A DNA stretch of 64,000 nucleotides from a virus. The stretch covers positions 64,001-128,000 of IMG/VR virus record IMGVR_UViG_3300044695_008209; one strand, 5' to 3'. A program made the translations under genes and the position numbers. Within the stretch, counting starts at the first letter, position 1. The number at the start of each line of letters is the position of its first letter. Of the stretch, positions 36,413-45,514 are shown piece by piece. Below the pieces are notes generated by a model. The model searched no databases and had not been told where the DNA came from. It saw nothing but the letters and a program-made list of their open reading frames with translations.

Positions 36413-37400
36413 GATAGTTCCTTCTCCATTCTCTGAGTGAAAGAGGCGTCCCGAGCGCCTCGTCGATTTCGGCCTGAGTCAAGTCGTCGGGTTGCAACTT
36501 GATTTCTGGGTAGGGGTAGCGCATGACAGCTACGTCCTGGCCCCGGAGCTTATATCCAATCTTGGACGTTCCTACGCGCCCCCAGTGGTCATTGTCGCCA
36601 CACAGGATGATCTTCGTTCCCAGGCGTTCGAGGAACATTTGCTGCGTGAGCGAGAGCCCGGTTCCCATGACCGCCACGGTGTTGTAGTAGCCGTGCTGGA
36701 CGAGCCACAACGCCGCCTTGTAGCCCTCGGTGACGTACACCGGGCCAGCACCCTTGCTGTGGTAGACGGCCGCGTAGACCTTCTCCCAGCGCCAGAGGAA
36801 CTGCCTGTTGTTGATGTGGTACCCGCGGAACCCCATCTCCACGAGCTCCTGCTCGTAGACCCTGTACTTGCCGCCCCCTCCCGGGTCGTTCGGCTTTCCC
36901 ACGATGCCCGCGAGCGTCCCGTGAAGGTCGCGGATGGCGTACGTGGTGCGGTGTCTTTCGGTGTCGACCCCGACATCGTTGTCCTGCAGCACCTGCGGGT
37001 CGAACCCTACGCGCAGGAGCTCGGCCGGGGCGTACTCGAAGAGCCCGAGGATCTTCTCGGGCAGCGGGTACTCCGTCAGGAAGATGCCGCCCGAGGCGAC
37101 GACGTTCTTCTTCTTGCTGACGGGGACCAGGTACGGCCGCAGCCGCTCCATCGTGCGGTCGATGTACTGGTCGGACTTGTGCAGCCTCTTGAGGAGCTGC
37201 GTGAGCCCGCCCGCCCCACAACCTGCGAAGCAGTTCCACTGCCCGGTTGCGGCGTTGAAGCTGAAGGAGGGGGTGGATTTCCCCCGCACTTCTCCGTGGA
37301 TCGGGCAGAACCCGATCCAGTTGCTGCCGGAACCCTGACGGAGTCCGTCCACCAGGGGGAACACCGTCGAGAGTACCGGTCCCTGCTGGGCCGGCGGCAT
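36396..37400 (-). CDS. dnaG: DnaG-like primase (CHC2 zinc finger plus TOPRIM)
   Basis: CPIHG...TPSF...WNCFAGCG; YVTEG; MGT; DND. Confidence 0.9.
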   Translation of the reverse strand: MPPAQQGPVLSTVFPLVDGLRQGSGSNWIGFCPIHGEVRGKSTPSFSFNAATGQWNCFAGCGAGGLTQLLKRLHKSDQYIDRTMERLRPYLVPVSKKKNVVASGGIFLTEYPLPEKILGLFEYAPAELLRVGFDPQVLQDNDVGVDTERHRTTYAIRDLHGTLAGIVGKPNDPGGGGKYRVYEQELVEMGFRGYHINNRQFLWRWEKVYAAVYHSKGAGPVYVTEGYKAALWLVQHGYYNTVAVMGTGLSLTQQMFLERLGTKIILCGDNDHWGRVGTSKIGYKLRGQDVAVMRYPYPEIKLQPDDLTQAEIDEALGTPLSLREWRRNYHEHSE

Positions 37401-37403
37401 GGG

Positions 37404-38840
37404 TCAGCGGATCCGCGGACTGCTGACTTTCTTGCGGGGCCCGGACTTCCCCGGTGTCCCGAAGGCCGCTGCTGCGGGGGTCGGAGCGGAACCACCGCCC
37501 TCGGCGCGTGCCTCGTCCTCGTCGTGGTCCTTCTTGTCCTTCAAGAAGGCGTTCACGTCCACAGTCGCTTGGAGCAAGCTGAAGTCCTTCCCCGGATGGG
37601 CGTTGATGACGAACGGGTTGAGCACGGCGTCGCGCGTGCCCGGGAACGTGAACATGAGCTTCGGTTTGCCCGTTGCCAGGTTCCGAGCCTTGAACACGCG
37701 CATCAGCAAGTCGGTGTCCTGCCCGATCGCGTCAGCGTACCCGACCTCGTCGGTGTCATCCCCAGAGGTCTTCGATGCGCCGCGGTTCGCCTGCGTCGTC
37801 CCGATGACCGGGACCGCGAGGGTCTGGGCCATGTTCTTGAGGTCCGACGAGATGTTGGACACCTGCTTCCACTCGCGGCTGCGCTGGTTCGTGCGCCCGT
37901 CCCGCATCAGGTAGAACCCGTCCACGATGATGAGGTCGGCGCCGAAGCGCTCGGCCTCCGCGGACAGGATGTCCACCGTGGCACCCTTCGACCCGCTGCT
38001 CAGCTTCCGGTCGCTGAGGAACGTCATCGCCGCCTTCCGCCCGCCACCGGACGTGGCCTTCTCCCAGTCGGAGAGCCCCTCGAGGGTGTTGAAGAACTTC
38101 TTCTCGTCCTCTGCGGAGAGCTGCCCGCTCTTCAACTCCTCGTAGTCGATCTCGGCGATGATGGAGGCCGCCCGTCGCGCGAGGATCCGATCGGACATCT
38201 CCTTCGAGTAGACGAGCACTCGGTAGCCGCACAGGTACGCGTGGCAGGCGATGGCGATCGCCACCCAGGTCTTCATCTGCTTCGGACGAGCGTAGATGAC
38301 GATGAAGTCCTCCGGCTGCATTCCCGCGGTCGCCTTGTTCAGGGGCGCCCACGGGAACGGGAGTCCGGTGATGCCGCCGGCCTCCTGCATGCGGTCGTAG
38401 TCCTCACGCATGCCGAGCGCGGCGGACGACATCAGCAGGTGCTTGCTCTCACTGCCCTGCAGGCTCAGCTCCCGCAGCTGTGGAAGATACGCCCCCAGGA
38501 TCACCTGCGGGTCCTCGCCCTCGTCGAGCAGCCCGTCGATCTCCTCAACACTGGCACGGATCCCGGCCTTGACGTTGTTGTCGACCACCTCCTTCGCCAG
38601 CGCGTCGATCGGGTCTCTCGAGGGGCAGTAGTCGAACTCGGGGAAGTGCCGGCGAACGCGGTCCAGACTCGGAACTACCCCGCCGGTGTGGACGTTCGTG
38701 AACGCGTCCGAGATCCACCGGTACATCTCCCGGCCTTCTTCCGTCTGGAGGAAGGCGGCGTTGAAGCCAGAACGCCGAAGCGTCGAGATGTCGCCGTCCC
38801 GGATGATGTTGGAGATGAGAGTGAGTTCCACGTTCGCCAT
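37404..38840 (-). CDS. dnaB: DnaB-like replicative helicase
   Basis: ARPKQMKT, YSKEM, IIVDGFYLM, ISSDLKNMAQTL.VPVIGTTQANR, DAIGQDTD. Confidence 0.9.
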   Translation of the reverse strand: MANVELTLISNIIRDGDISTLRRSGFNAAFLQTEEGREMYRWISDAFTNVHTGGVVPSLDRVRRHFPEFDYCPSRDPIDALAKEVVDNNVKAGIRASVEEIDGLLDEGEDPQVILGAYLPQLRELSLQGSESKHLLMSSAALGMREDYDRMQEAGGITGLPFPWAPLNKATAGMQPEDFIVIYARPKQMKTWVAIAIACHAYLCGYRVLVYSKEMSDRILARRAASIIAEIDYEELKSGQLSAEDEKKFFNTLEGLSDWEKATSGGGRKAAMTFLSDRKLSSGSKGATVDILSAEAERFGADLIIVDGFYLMRDGRTNQRSREWKQVSNISSDLKNMAQTLAVPVIGTTQANRGASKTSGDDTDEVGYADAIGQDTDLLMRVFKARNLATGKPKLMFTFPGTRDAVLNPFVINAHPGKDFSLLQATVDVNAFLKDKKDHDEDEARAEGGGSAPTPAAAAFGTPGKSGPRKKVSSPRIR

Positions 38841-39140
38841 TCAGAGTTCCTCTTCGTCGGGTGAGACTTCTTCGAGGGCGCGCCCGTCTGCCGCCGCCTT
38901 CTCCAGCACCGACTCTTCTCCGAGCCCGACCAGGCGCCCCATGTGAAGGCCTACCGCGTACAGGAGCGCCTCGAGGTCGCGCTGGAGAGGTTCGGGCAGT
39001 GGGAGGGTCGTCTCCTGTGCCCGGGCCAGCACGCTCACGCTGCCGGCCCCCTCGTTGATGGCAGCGATGTTGTACCGAACGGAGATGCCTCCGTCGGTCA
39101 CGAGCAGCGCGGTGGGCTGGATCTCTACACGAGCGCCCAC
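38841..39140 (-). CDS. Hypothetical protein (99 aa)
   Basis: Abuts neighbours on both sides. Confidence 0.6.
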   Translation of the reverse strand: MGARVEIQPTALLVTDGGISVRYNIAAINEGAGSVSVLARAQETTLPLPEPLQRDLEALLYAVGLHMGRLVGLGEESVLEKAAADGRALEEVSPDEEEL

Positions 39141-39142
39141 GG

Positions 39143-39511
39143 CTACTCCCTGGACCGCGCACGTTTCTCGGCCCGGGCGAGGAGGGTCGCCTTGTAGATC
39201 CCCTCCGCCGTGTCGATCGCGTCGGAGGTGAACCGAACCGCCAGAGAAGAGGCGAGGTCAGCGGCGCGCTCCACGTCTTCCTCCGACTGGTTGCAGGTCA
39301 GGCTGACGGTGCAGTGGGCGCCGAACCCATTGCCGAAGTCCTTGTCGGCGAGCTCGAAGGAGCAGGCCACTCGAGCGTTCCCGTCACCGACCAGGTCACG
39401 GAGTTTATCACGGGGCATGTCTACGTCCTCAGGGGTGATGGGGCGATCGAAGTAGAGGGGCTTGTCCGTGCTGAACTGGATGCGCCAGTGGACGGTGCCG
39501 ATGTCGAGCAC
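39143..39511 (-). CDS. Hypothetical protein (122 aa)
   Basis: Coupled in operon; globular-looking sequence. Confidence 0.65.
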   Translation of the reverse strand: MLDIGTVHWRIQFSTDKPLYFDRPITPEDVDMPRDKLRDLVGDGNARVACSFELADKDFGNGFGAHCTVSLTCNQSEEDVERAADLASSLAVRFTSDAIDTAEGIYKATLLARAEKRARSRE

Positions 39512-39516
39512 GTGCC

Positions 39517-39993
39517 CTACTTCAACTCGGGAGGCAGGGACACCGACGCCGTGCCCGTCTTCGTCTGGATGTAGGTCTCGTACCGCACGCGCTGCTTCGC
39601 TGGCAGACGCGCGATCTGGTGGGGCACGACCTCGTACCTGAGGACGCCCAGCTTGATGAGCTCGTCGAGCTCGTTCGACTCGGTGGCCCTCTCGATGAGG
39701 CCGGCGCTGTCCACCGTGGTGCTCTGGGCGGCGTTCTTCACCTGCACGGCGTGCCCTCCAACGAGGTGCAGTCCGGGCCCCAGGAGCCTGCAGGCGACCT
39801 TGGCGGCCTCCTGCAGCCCGGGCACCTCGGCGCGGGCCTCCTCGAGGGCCTCCATCACCTCCGGCATCTGCTCCCGCAGACCGGCCTCGATGGAGAGGAT
39901 GGTCTGCGTGCGGGAGGCGAGGGCAGTGATGGCGAGCTCCGCAGCCTTGGCGGCGTCGGAGGGCTCGTCGTTCTCGAAATCACGTGGGTTCAT
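39517..39993 (-). CDS. Hypothetical protein with coiled-coil N-terminus
   Basis: ATG directly after the upstream stop; heptad-like first half. Confidence 0.65.
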   Translation of the reverse strand: MNPRDFENDEPSDAAKAAELAITALASRTQTILSIEAGLREQMPEVMEALEEARAEVPGLQEAAKVACRLLGPGLHLVGGHAVQVKNAAQSTTVDSAGLIERATESNELDELIKLGVLRYEVVPHQIARLPAKQRVRYETYIQTKTGTASVSLPPELK

Positions 39994-40737
39994 CTAAGGC
40001 TCCAGGAAGCTGTGCTGGTAGTAGTCGTTGAAGAGCCTGTTGAGCAGCCGGAGGGCATACCGCAGGTCTTCGATGGTCTCGTACGTCTTGCCTTGCTTCT
40101 TCTTGACCAACTTCTGGTCCCCCTCCCGCAGGAGCTGCGAGGGACACATGATGGCGAGCATGGGGTACCGGACGGGGTTCCCGGTCACCGGACTCGGGAT
40201 GCTGATGTCGAAGATGACCCCGTGCTTGTCCGAGATGGCCACGGACTTCCCCACGAGGATCGACGCTGGGGTCTTGCCAGTGGCGATGATGAGCGCGGGG
40301 TCCACCGCGTAGATCGTCCGCCGGAGCCGGTCCGAGCAGTTCTTCACCTCGAAGGCGGAGGGGGTGCGCTTGTCTTCCGTGCGGCAGAGCACCGCGTTGG
40401 TCCAGAAGACGTGCTCGTCCAGGTAGTTGCGCAGCTTCTCGAAGTACACGGCGTCCTCGCCGATGCTGACCGCCTCGGAGAAGTCGGGGTCATCCTGTAC
40501 CGGCCACGCACGGGCGAAGACGTCCATGAGCAGCTTTCCGGAGTCACCCACGTGGGTGACTCCCTCCGCATCCTCTTCCTCTCCGGGGACCTCCCCGACG
40601 ACGAGGATGCTCGCTCTGCTGCTTCCCCCGCCGAACACGACCTGCTTGCGGGACTTCACGAGAAGGGGGCAGCGGGTGCACTCCCCGTACGCCTCCTCGA
40701 GCTCGAGAAGTGCCTCGCGTCCGCAGACGTGTCCCAT
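39994..40737 (-). CDS. Uracil-DNA glycosylase family-4-like protein (Fe-S) with His-to-Cys change
   Basis: CTRCPL, VVFGGG, VGEVPGEEEDAEG..VGDSGKLL, TNAVLCR, C..RL, MCPSQLLR. Confidence 0.85.
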   Translation of the reverse strand: MGHVCGREALLELEEAYGECTRCPLLVKSRKQVVFGGGSSRASILVVGEVPGEEEDAEGVTHVGDSGKLLMDVFARAWPVQDDPDFSEAVSIGEDAVYFEKLRNYLDEHVFWTNAVLCRTEDKRTPSAFEVKNCSDRLRRTIYAVDPALIIATGKTPASILVGKSVAISDKHGVIFDISIPSPVTGNPVRYPMLAIMCPSQLLREGDQKLVKKKQGKTYETIEDLRYALRLLNRLFNDYYQHSFLEP

Positions 40738-41126
40738 CAGGTACCCCTGGGCCGCAGCGGGCCCATGCCGGGGATGAGCAGCCCAGAGCCGCCCGTCATC
40801 ACCCGGTTGAGGTTGATCATGTTCTCGCAGGTGCTGAGGTCGAGGAACGCATCCACGCGCGCGATGATCTTCGTCGGTCCCTCGAACGGCCCGATGGGCA
40901 GCGGAAGCAGGGTCATCTCGATGGCCCCGCTCTGCTGCGGCCTGTGCTGCACGACGAGCTCGTACGCGTCCTTCAGCGCGATGTACCCGGGCCCGAAGCC
41001 CGAGGCACCCATGGCAGCCTTCGCGGAGCTGTCCAGCTTGCCGACGTAGTAGTACTTGTCCGAGCGGATCCCGATGAGGCCCGCTACGCCCGCCACGTCC
41101 GCGGCGCCGTTATGGTTCTTGTCCAT
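40737..41126 (-). CDS. Hypothetical protein (129 aa)
   Basis: AAGGGAG RBS before ATG 41126; TGATG coupling to the UDG-like gene. Confidence 0.65.
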   Translation of the reverse strand: MDKNHNGAADVAGVAGLIGIRSDKYYYVGKLDSSAKAAMGASGFGPGYIALKDAYELVVQHRPQQSGAIEMTLLPLPIGPFEGPTKIIARVDAFLDLSTCENMINLNRVMTGGSGLLIPGMGPLRPRGT

Positions 41127-42520
41127 GTGTCTCCCTTGACCAGCCAGCCAGTTTTTCGGCACCACTTCAGGACGGACTGCAGCATCCCGAAGCTGTGATG
41201 GACCTCCCTGTCTGCGAACAGGTCGACGACGGGGTCCAGCTTCCCCTTGAGGGGACGCAGGATCCTCCCCACCGACTGCACCCACTCAGTGGGGGCGTAA
41301 TCATCGATCGACAGCGGCGTCGTCATGACCAGCGCGCTGAGGTCGGGGCGGTTGTAGTTCTCCTTCCCGACGTGCAGGGTAGCGACCACCACCGGGTAGT
41401 TGTTGAGCTGCCGCAGCCGCTCCTCCGCACCCTTCTCGTCCCCGGTGATGCCGCCGGCGAGGATGCCGACGTCCGTGAGCGCCCCCACGAGCTCGTACAC
41501 GTGCTTCTTAGAGTGGCTCAGCACATACACCTTGTGCCCTTGAGCCAGCCGTTCTTGCACCACGCCCACGATCACCTGGTTGCGCTCAGAGAGGCTCCCC
41601 AGCTTCCCTCGCAGCTTGGAGATGTTCGGCTGCTTGAGGACGTCGAGGATGTCCGGGTCGTCGTCCGCGAGGACGGTCCCCGTCTCGTGCAGGTGCACGC
41701 TCGGCACCAGCGAGTCCTCGGAGGGGTCGTCGTACAGGACCGGTCCGAGGTGGTAGAGCACGATGCCCTCGCAGCGGTCTCGCCTCTTGAGCGTCGCCGT
41801 CAACCACAGGCGTTGCCCCATCGTCAGGTCCGACCCGCGGGCGAACCACTCCGCTGCCTGGTGGTGCGCCTCGTCGTAGATGGTGAGCGCGAACCGGGAG
41901 TGGAAGTCATCCGGGAGCTTCCCGGCCTCGGCGCGCTTCACGAGCGTCTGGATCGTCGAGAACACGACCTCGCGCCTGTAGTCGAGCTGGTCTCCAAGAA
42001 CCCACCCGACAGGCCCCTTCATGTCGAACATCGTGCGGAGCTCGGTCTCCCAGTTACGAAGGTGAGCCTCCTGGGCGGAGACCACCAGAACCGGGCCCCC
42101 TACGATGCACGCGTACCGCAGGCCGAGCACCGTCTTGCCCTTCCCGGTGTCCAGCCGGAGCCCGCCGTCCACCCCACCAGCCGCGGCGCCCTCCAGGGCA
42201 AGCCACGCTCCGTGCTGGTTGGGGCGGAGCGCGAACCCGGGCTTCGGGGCAAGGCTCGAGGGCGTGAAGGATGGTGGACGCAGGTCGACCACCTGGTCGA
42301 TGCCGAGACGGCGCAGTGCTGCCGGGAGGAGGTAGTTCCGCGGTACCTCAAGGTGGTGGGGGTGCCGACGTACCAGTGTGCGAGGCTCCATCCCCGCCTC
42401 GATCCCGAAGGTGAGCGCCGTGCGGATGGGTGCCTCCGCCACGAGGCTCTTGGGAAGGAAGAGGGACGCCCCGATGTACGTGACGTCGGGCTCCAGCACG
42501 GGCAGGCGGAAGGTCGGCAT
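41084..42520 (-). CDS. Superfamily 2 DExH helicase (UvsW/XPB-like)
   Basis: LDTGKGKT, IYDEAHH, LTATLKRRD, QSVGRILR. Confidence 0.9.
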   Translation of the reverse strand: MPTFRLPVLEPDVTYIGASLFLPKSLVAEAPIRTALTFGIEAGMEPRTLVRRHPHHLEVPRNYLLPAALRRLGIDQVVDLRPPSFTPSSLAPKPGFALRPNQHGAWLALEGAAAGGVDGGLRLDTGKGKTVLGLRYACIVGGPVLVVSAQEAHLRNWETELRTMFDMKGPVGWVLGDQLDYRREVVFSTIQTLVKRAEAGKLPDDFHSRFALTIYDEAHHQAAEWFARGSDLTMGQRLWLTATLKRRDRCEGIVLYHLGPVLYDDPSEDSLVPSVHLHETGTVLADDDPDILDVLKQPNISKLRGKLGSLSERNQVIVGVVQERLAQGHKVYVLSHSKKHVYELVGALTDVGILAGGITGDEKGAEERLRQLNNYPVVVATLHVGKENYNRPDLSALVMTTPLSIDDYAPTEWVQSVGRILRPLKGKLDPVVDLFADREVHHSFGMLQSVLKWCRKTGWLVKGDTWTRTITAPRTWRA

Positions 42521-43006
42521 CTACTCGTCCTCGTCCTCTTCGTCGCGCGGCCGCCTGTCTGCGGGGCGCTGCTCTGTGGGCCGCTTCGCGGCGGTCCGCT
42601 TCTTCATGATCTCGCGGAACGGATCCTCGTAGGGCGCCCGGGGGATCTGGTCCAGGGCGAAGACGGACTCGACCAGCCCCGCGCGGGCGCCGGAGAGCAC
42701 GCCGTTGAACATCAGGGCCTCGAAGAAGCCCAGGGACGCTTCTTCACGTTCCAGGTAGGACTCGGGGTCGGGGTTGACGGCGATCGACGGACCGGGCCCG
42801 CGGCGCCCGTCCCTCCTCGTATCCCGGTCCTCTCGCCGGTCCCCGCGATCCTCACGATCGTCGCGGCGCTTGTTCTTCACGATGACGGCACAGGTCTGCT
42901 CCCAGCGACAGCGCTCGCATGTCCGGTCTCGGGGGTCGTGTTCTCGCGGATCGCCGAAGCAGTTCGGACGCCGGAGGTTGCTTGATTGGTCCTCGTGTCT
43001 GGGCAC
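42521..43006 (-). CDS. Cys-motif, R/D/E-rich hypothetical protein; first gene of the leftward block
   Basis: AAGGAGG RBS; CFG-x9-CERC-x4-C; DRREDRGDRREDR. Confidence 0.75.
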   Translation of the reverse strand: MPRHEDQSSNLRRPNCFGDPREHDPRDRTCERCRWEQTCAVIVKNKRRDDREDRGDRREDRDTRRDGRRGPGPSIAVNPDPESYLEREEASLGFFEALMFNGVLSGARAGLVESVFALDQIPRAPYEDPFREIMKKRTAAKRPTEQRPADRRPRDEEDEDE

Positions 43007-43030
43007 TTAGAGCCCTCCTTGGTTACTCCC

Positions 43031-43036
43031 CTTATG
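43031..43036 (-). promoter_or_regulatory. Candidate phage promoter element CATAAG
   Basis: GTCATAAG 24 nt before GTG 43006 at the head of the replication block. Confidence 0.55.
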
Positions 43037-43043
43037 ACCGGGG

Positions 43044-43049
43044 TATGTT
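43044..43049 (+). promoter_or_regulatory. Possible sigma-70-type -10 hexamer TATGTT
   Basis: TAnnnT in the divergent intergenic gap, 37 nt before ATG 43087; no clear -35. Confidence 0.35.
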
Positions 43050-43086
43050 AGGGTCTGCCCCACCTGCCCTCCGTCTGAGGTACCCG

Positions 43087-44109
43087 ATGCGCGTTCTCGA
43101 CATTGCCGACGACTCCGGCGCGTTCCTCCTGTCCCGGGTCGGGGCGGAGGACTTGAACCCCCTCGTGAAGACCGCTTCCTGGAAGGAACCGGCAGAGATG
43201 AGGACGCGGGACTACGCGCTCCTCCTCATCGACACGGACGGGAAGGAGCACGGGAAGTACGCCTGCCACGATCCCGGCAACGTCATCGTCTCCATGGCGT
43301 ACCTCGAGAACGCGCAGCCGTACCTCAACCGTGCCGCGGTGAAGACGGCGGCGGCCGTGCTGTCCTCGCTGGCACGGGACTGGGGACTCGAGGTGCCAGG
43401 CGAGATCCAGAAGCTGGCGAACCTCTCACTCTCCGAGACCGACCGACGGGACATCGTCGATGCCCGCCGCGTTCGCTACAACCCGCCGCGGCAGGGCAGC
43501 ACCCAGAAGACCGCCTCCAGCCCCTTCGAGAAGGTGGCCGAGGCGAAGGAGCGGTGGGCGGACCTCGACCCGTTCCAGCGGCGTGCCGTCGCCTGCGAGA
43601 TGATCAAGGCCGCCGAGAGCGTCCCCCTGTCCATCCCGAACCGGTTCTACCAGTACGCCGGCGAGAAGCTGAGCAGCGGGTTCTCCTCCGCCATGCACCG
43701 GCGCCTGGACTACGTGAGCGACCCGGAGGTGGCCGAGGGCTACAGGACCCTCGCGAAGATCGCGTCGGCCTGTGAGCCGGACAGCGTGGTCCAGTCCCTC
43801 TACGAGCTGGACGCGCTGGCGCACCTGCGCTGGGCCGGCGGGGACCGCTACGGGGACGACCTGGCGGACCCCGTGCGCTGCGTCTACTCGACGACCAAGA
43901 TCGCGGCCTACTCCTGGAACCACGGAGCCGAGTTCACGAACGAGAACGACCTCTTCGTGTTCTCCACCCATCCGACCGGCGGGTCCAGGTTCCTCAGCGT
44001 CTTCACCCCTGAGGTCTGGCAGCGCTTCCGTACCTCTCCCGTCTCGACCTTCCAGGCCATGCCGCTCGAGCAGAAGATCCTGGTGTCCCGCATGGCCCGC
44101 GAGGTGTAG
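43087..44109 (+). CDS. Putative head-associated protein rich in K-x-A motifs (340 aa)
   Basis: GAGGT RBS; 9 of 14 Lys are in K-x-A; three genes upstream of the portal. Confidence 0.7.
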   Translation: MRVLDIADDSGAFLLSRVGAEDLNPLVKTASWKEPAEMRTRDYALLLIDTDGKEHGKYACHDPGNVIVSMAYLENAQPYLNRAAVKTAAAVLSSLARDWGLEVPGEIQKLANLSLSETDRRDIVDARRVRYNPPRQGSTQKTASSPFEKVAEAKERWADLDPFQRRAVACEMIKAAESVPLSIPNRFYQYAGEKLSSGFSSAMHRRLDYVSDPEVAEGYRTLAKIASACEPDSVVQSLYELDALAHLRWAGGDRYGDDLADPVRCVYSTTKIAAYSWNHGAEFTNENDLFVFSTHPTGGSRFLSVFTPEVWQRFRTSPVSTFQAMPLEQKILVSRMAREV

Positions 44110-44111
44110 CA

Positions 44112-44918
44112 ATGGCCGACGGGACTGCAGATCTCGTGCGGCTGCTTGCGGATCCAACCGCATCCCCGCTCGCCCTTATGAGAGCTTTTACGTCCAGATT
44201 CGGGGTCGAGTGGCTCACGTGGGACTACACGGCGCTGCGCATGACGCTCGAGCGGGAGCTCCACGTGCAGGTCTCCCCCCAGACGATGAGCAAGGCCGTC
44301 GGCGGTGCTGCCATCGCGGTGAGCGACACCTTCTGGACAGACTGGGAGCACTTCCACTTCCTGGTCCAGGCGCTGAACGGGCGCATCCCCGACTTCAAGA
44401 ACCACCAGGAGCTGTCCGTTGGCCTGATGATGCGGGCCGTCCTGGTCGCCCAGGCGATCCGGAAGGAACTCGGCAAGCTCGTCGAGACGGTCCCCTTCTC
44501 GGAGGAGGTCGCGCGCTACGTCGCCGCCCAGGCGCTGCAAGCAGGAGTCTGGTACCTGCCTCCTCCGCTGGAGTTCGCCACCCGGCACGCCAGCGGGCTG
44601 AGCTACCGGTGCAAGGACTGCGGCAACACGTCCCCGGTCTTCGTTGACGACGGTCTCTGCGACGTCTGCGTGCACCGCTTCGACACGAGCCAGCTCGGCA
44701 GGTGGACGCCCGACCCGGAAGAGCTCGCGAAGGGCCGCGGGAGCAGCATCGAGTACTTCGAGAAGAATCCGACAGGTCCGATCGTCCGGAGGCTCCAAGA
44801 GTTGCACGACCACCCCGGTCGCACGCTCCAGGAGAACCAGACGGACATCTGCACCGGGAAGATCCTCGCCGCGGTAGAGTACGCACGCCAAGGGCAGTCC
44901 GGGGAGTCCGCGTGGTAG
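44112..44918 (+). CDS. Hypothetical protein with Zn ribbon
   Basis: CKDCG-x9-CDVC; coupled in operon. Confidence 0.75.
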   Translation: MADGTADLVRLLADPTASPLALMRAFTSRFGVEWLTWDYTALRMTLERELHVQVSPQTMSKAVGGAAIAVSDTFWTDWEHFHFLVQALNGRIPDFKNHQELSVGLMMRAVLVAQAIRKELGKLVETVPFSEEVARYVAAQALQAGVWYLPPPLEFATRHASGLSYRCKDCGNTSPVFVDDGLCDVCVHRFDTSQLGRWTPDPEELAKGRGSSIEYFEKNPTGPIVRRLQELHDHPGRTLQENQTDICTGKILAAVEYARQGQSGESAW

Positions 44919-45514
44919 ACCACCTCATGTACCGAGCCTGCTTCCGCGAGCTGGAGAAGTCCGCTGGGCTGGGGACCCGCGCAGCGGCCTGGGCCGGCGG
45001 GCACGCCGCACAGGTCGGTGGTGCCGTGAAGCACTTCGCTCACGACGTGGGGGATGCCGCACTGGGCACGGTGCGCCCCAGCGCGTGGAAGGCGGGGGTT
45101 CAGGCCGGCAGAGAGGAGATGAAGAAGGGTCCCTTGGCCGCGGGCATGACGGCTCTCATGGTGCCCATGACCGCCGCCGACACGGTGCACACCATGAAGA
45201 CGAAGGTGGACCCCGTCACCGGGCGGCAGATCGGTCTCGGGGAGCGAACTGCCGTCGCCGCGGGACGCATCGGTTCCTCGGTGGCCGGGATGCGCTACAT
45301 GAACGCGCAGAGCGGAGGCTTCTTGCGCGGCATGGGCGTTCAGGCGGGCGGGGCGGTGCTCACCGACGCGGTCACCAGCCGGGTCGGCCGCGCAGCTGAC
45401 AACTTGGCCGCGCGCAAGCCGCCTGCGACAGCGATCGGCGCAGGTGTCGGTACCCCCAACCGCGTCGTGCCTCACCTTGGGGGCGGGACACCCGTCGCTC
45501 GAGGAGTCGTATGA
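44912..45514 (+). CDS. Gly/Ala-rich basic protein, possible processed virion/ejection protein
   Basis: Start GTG 44912 or ATG 44927; ELEKSA followed by GLG and G/A-rich amphipathic sequence; ATGA overlap with portal. Confidence 0.65.
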   Translation: MVDHLMYRACFRELEKSAGLGTRAAAWAGGHAAQVGGAVKHFAHDVGDAALGTVRPSAWKAGVQAGREEMKKGPLAAGMTALMVPMTAADTVHTMKTKVDPVTGRQIGLGERTAVAAGRIGSSVAGMRYMNAQSGGFLRGMGVQAGGAVLTDAVTSRVGRAADNLAARKPPATAIGAGVGTPNRVVPHLGGGTPVARGVV

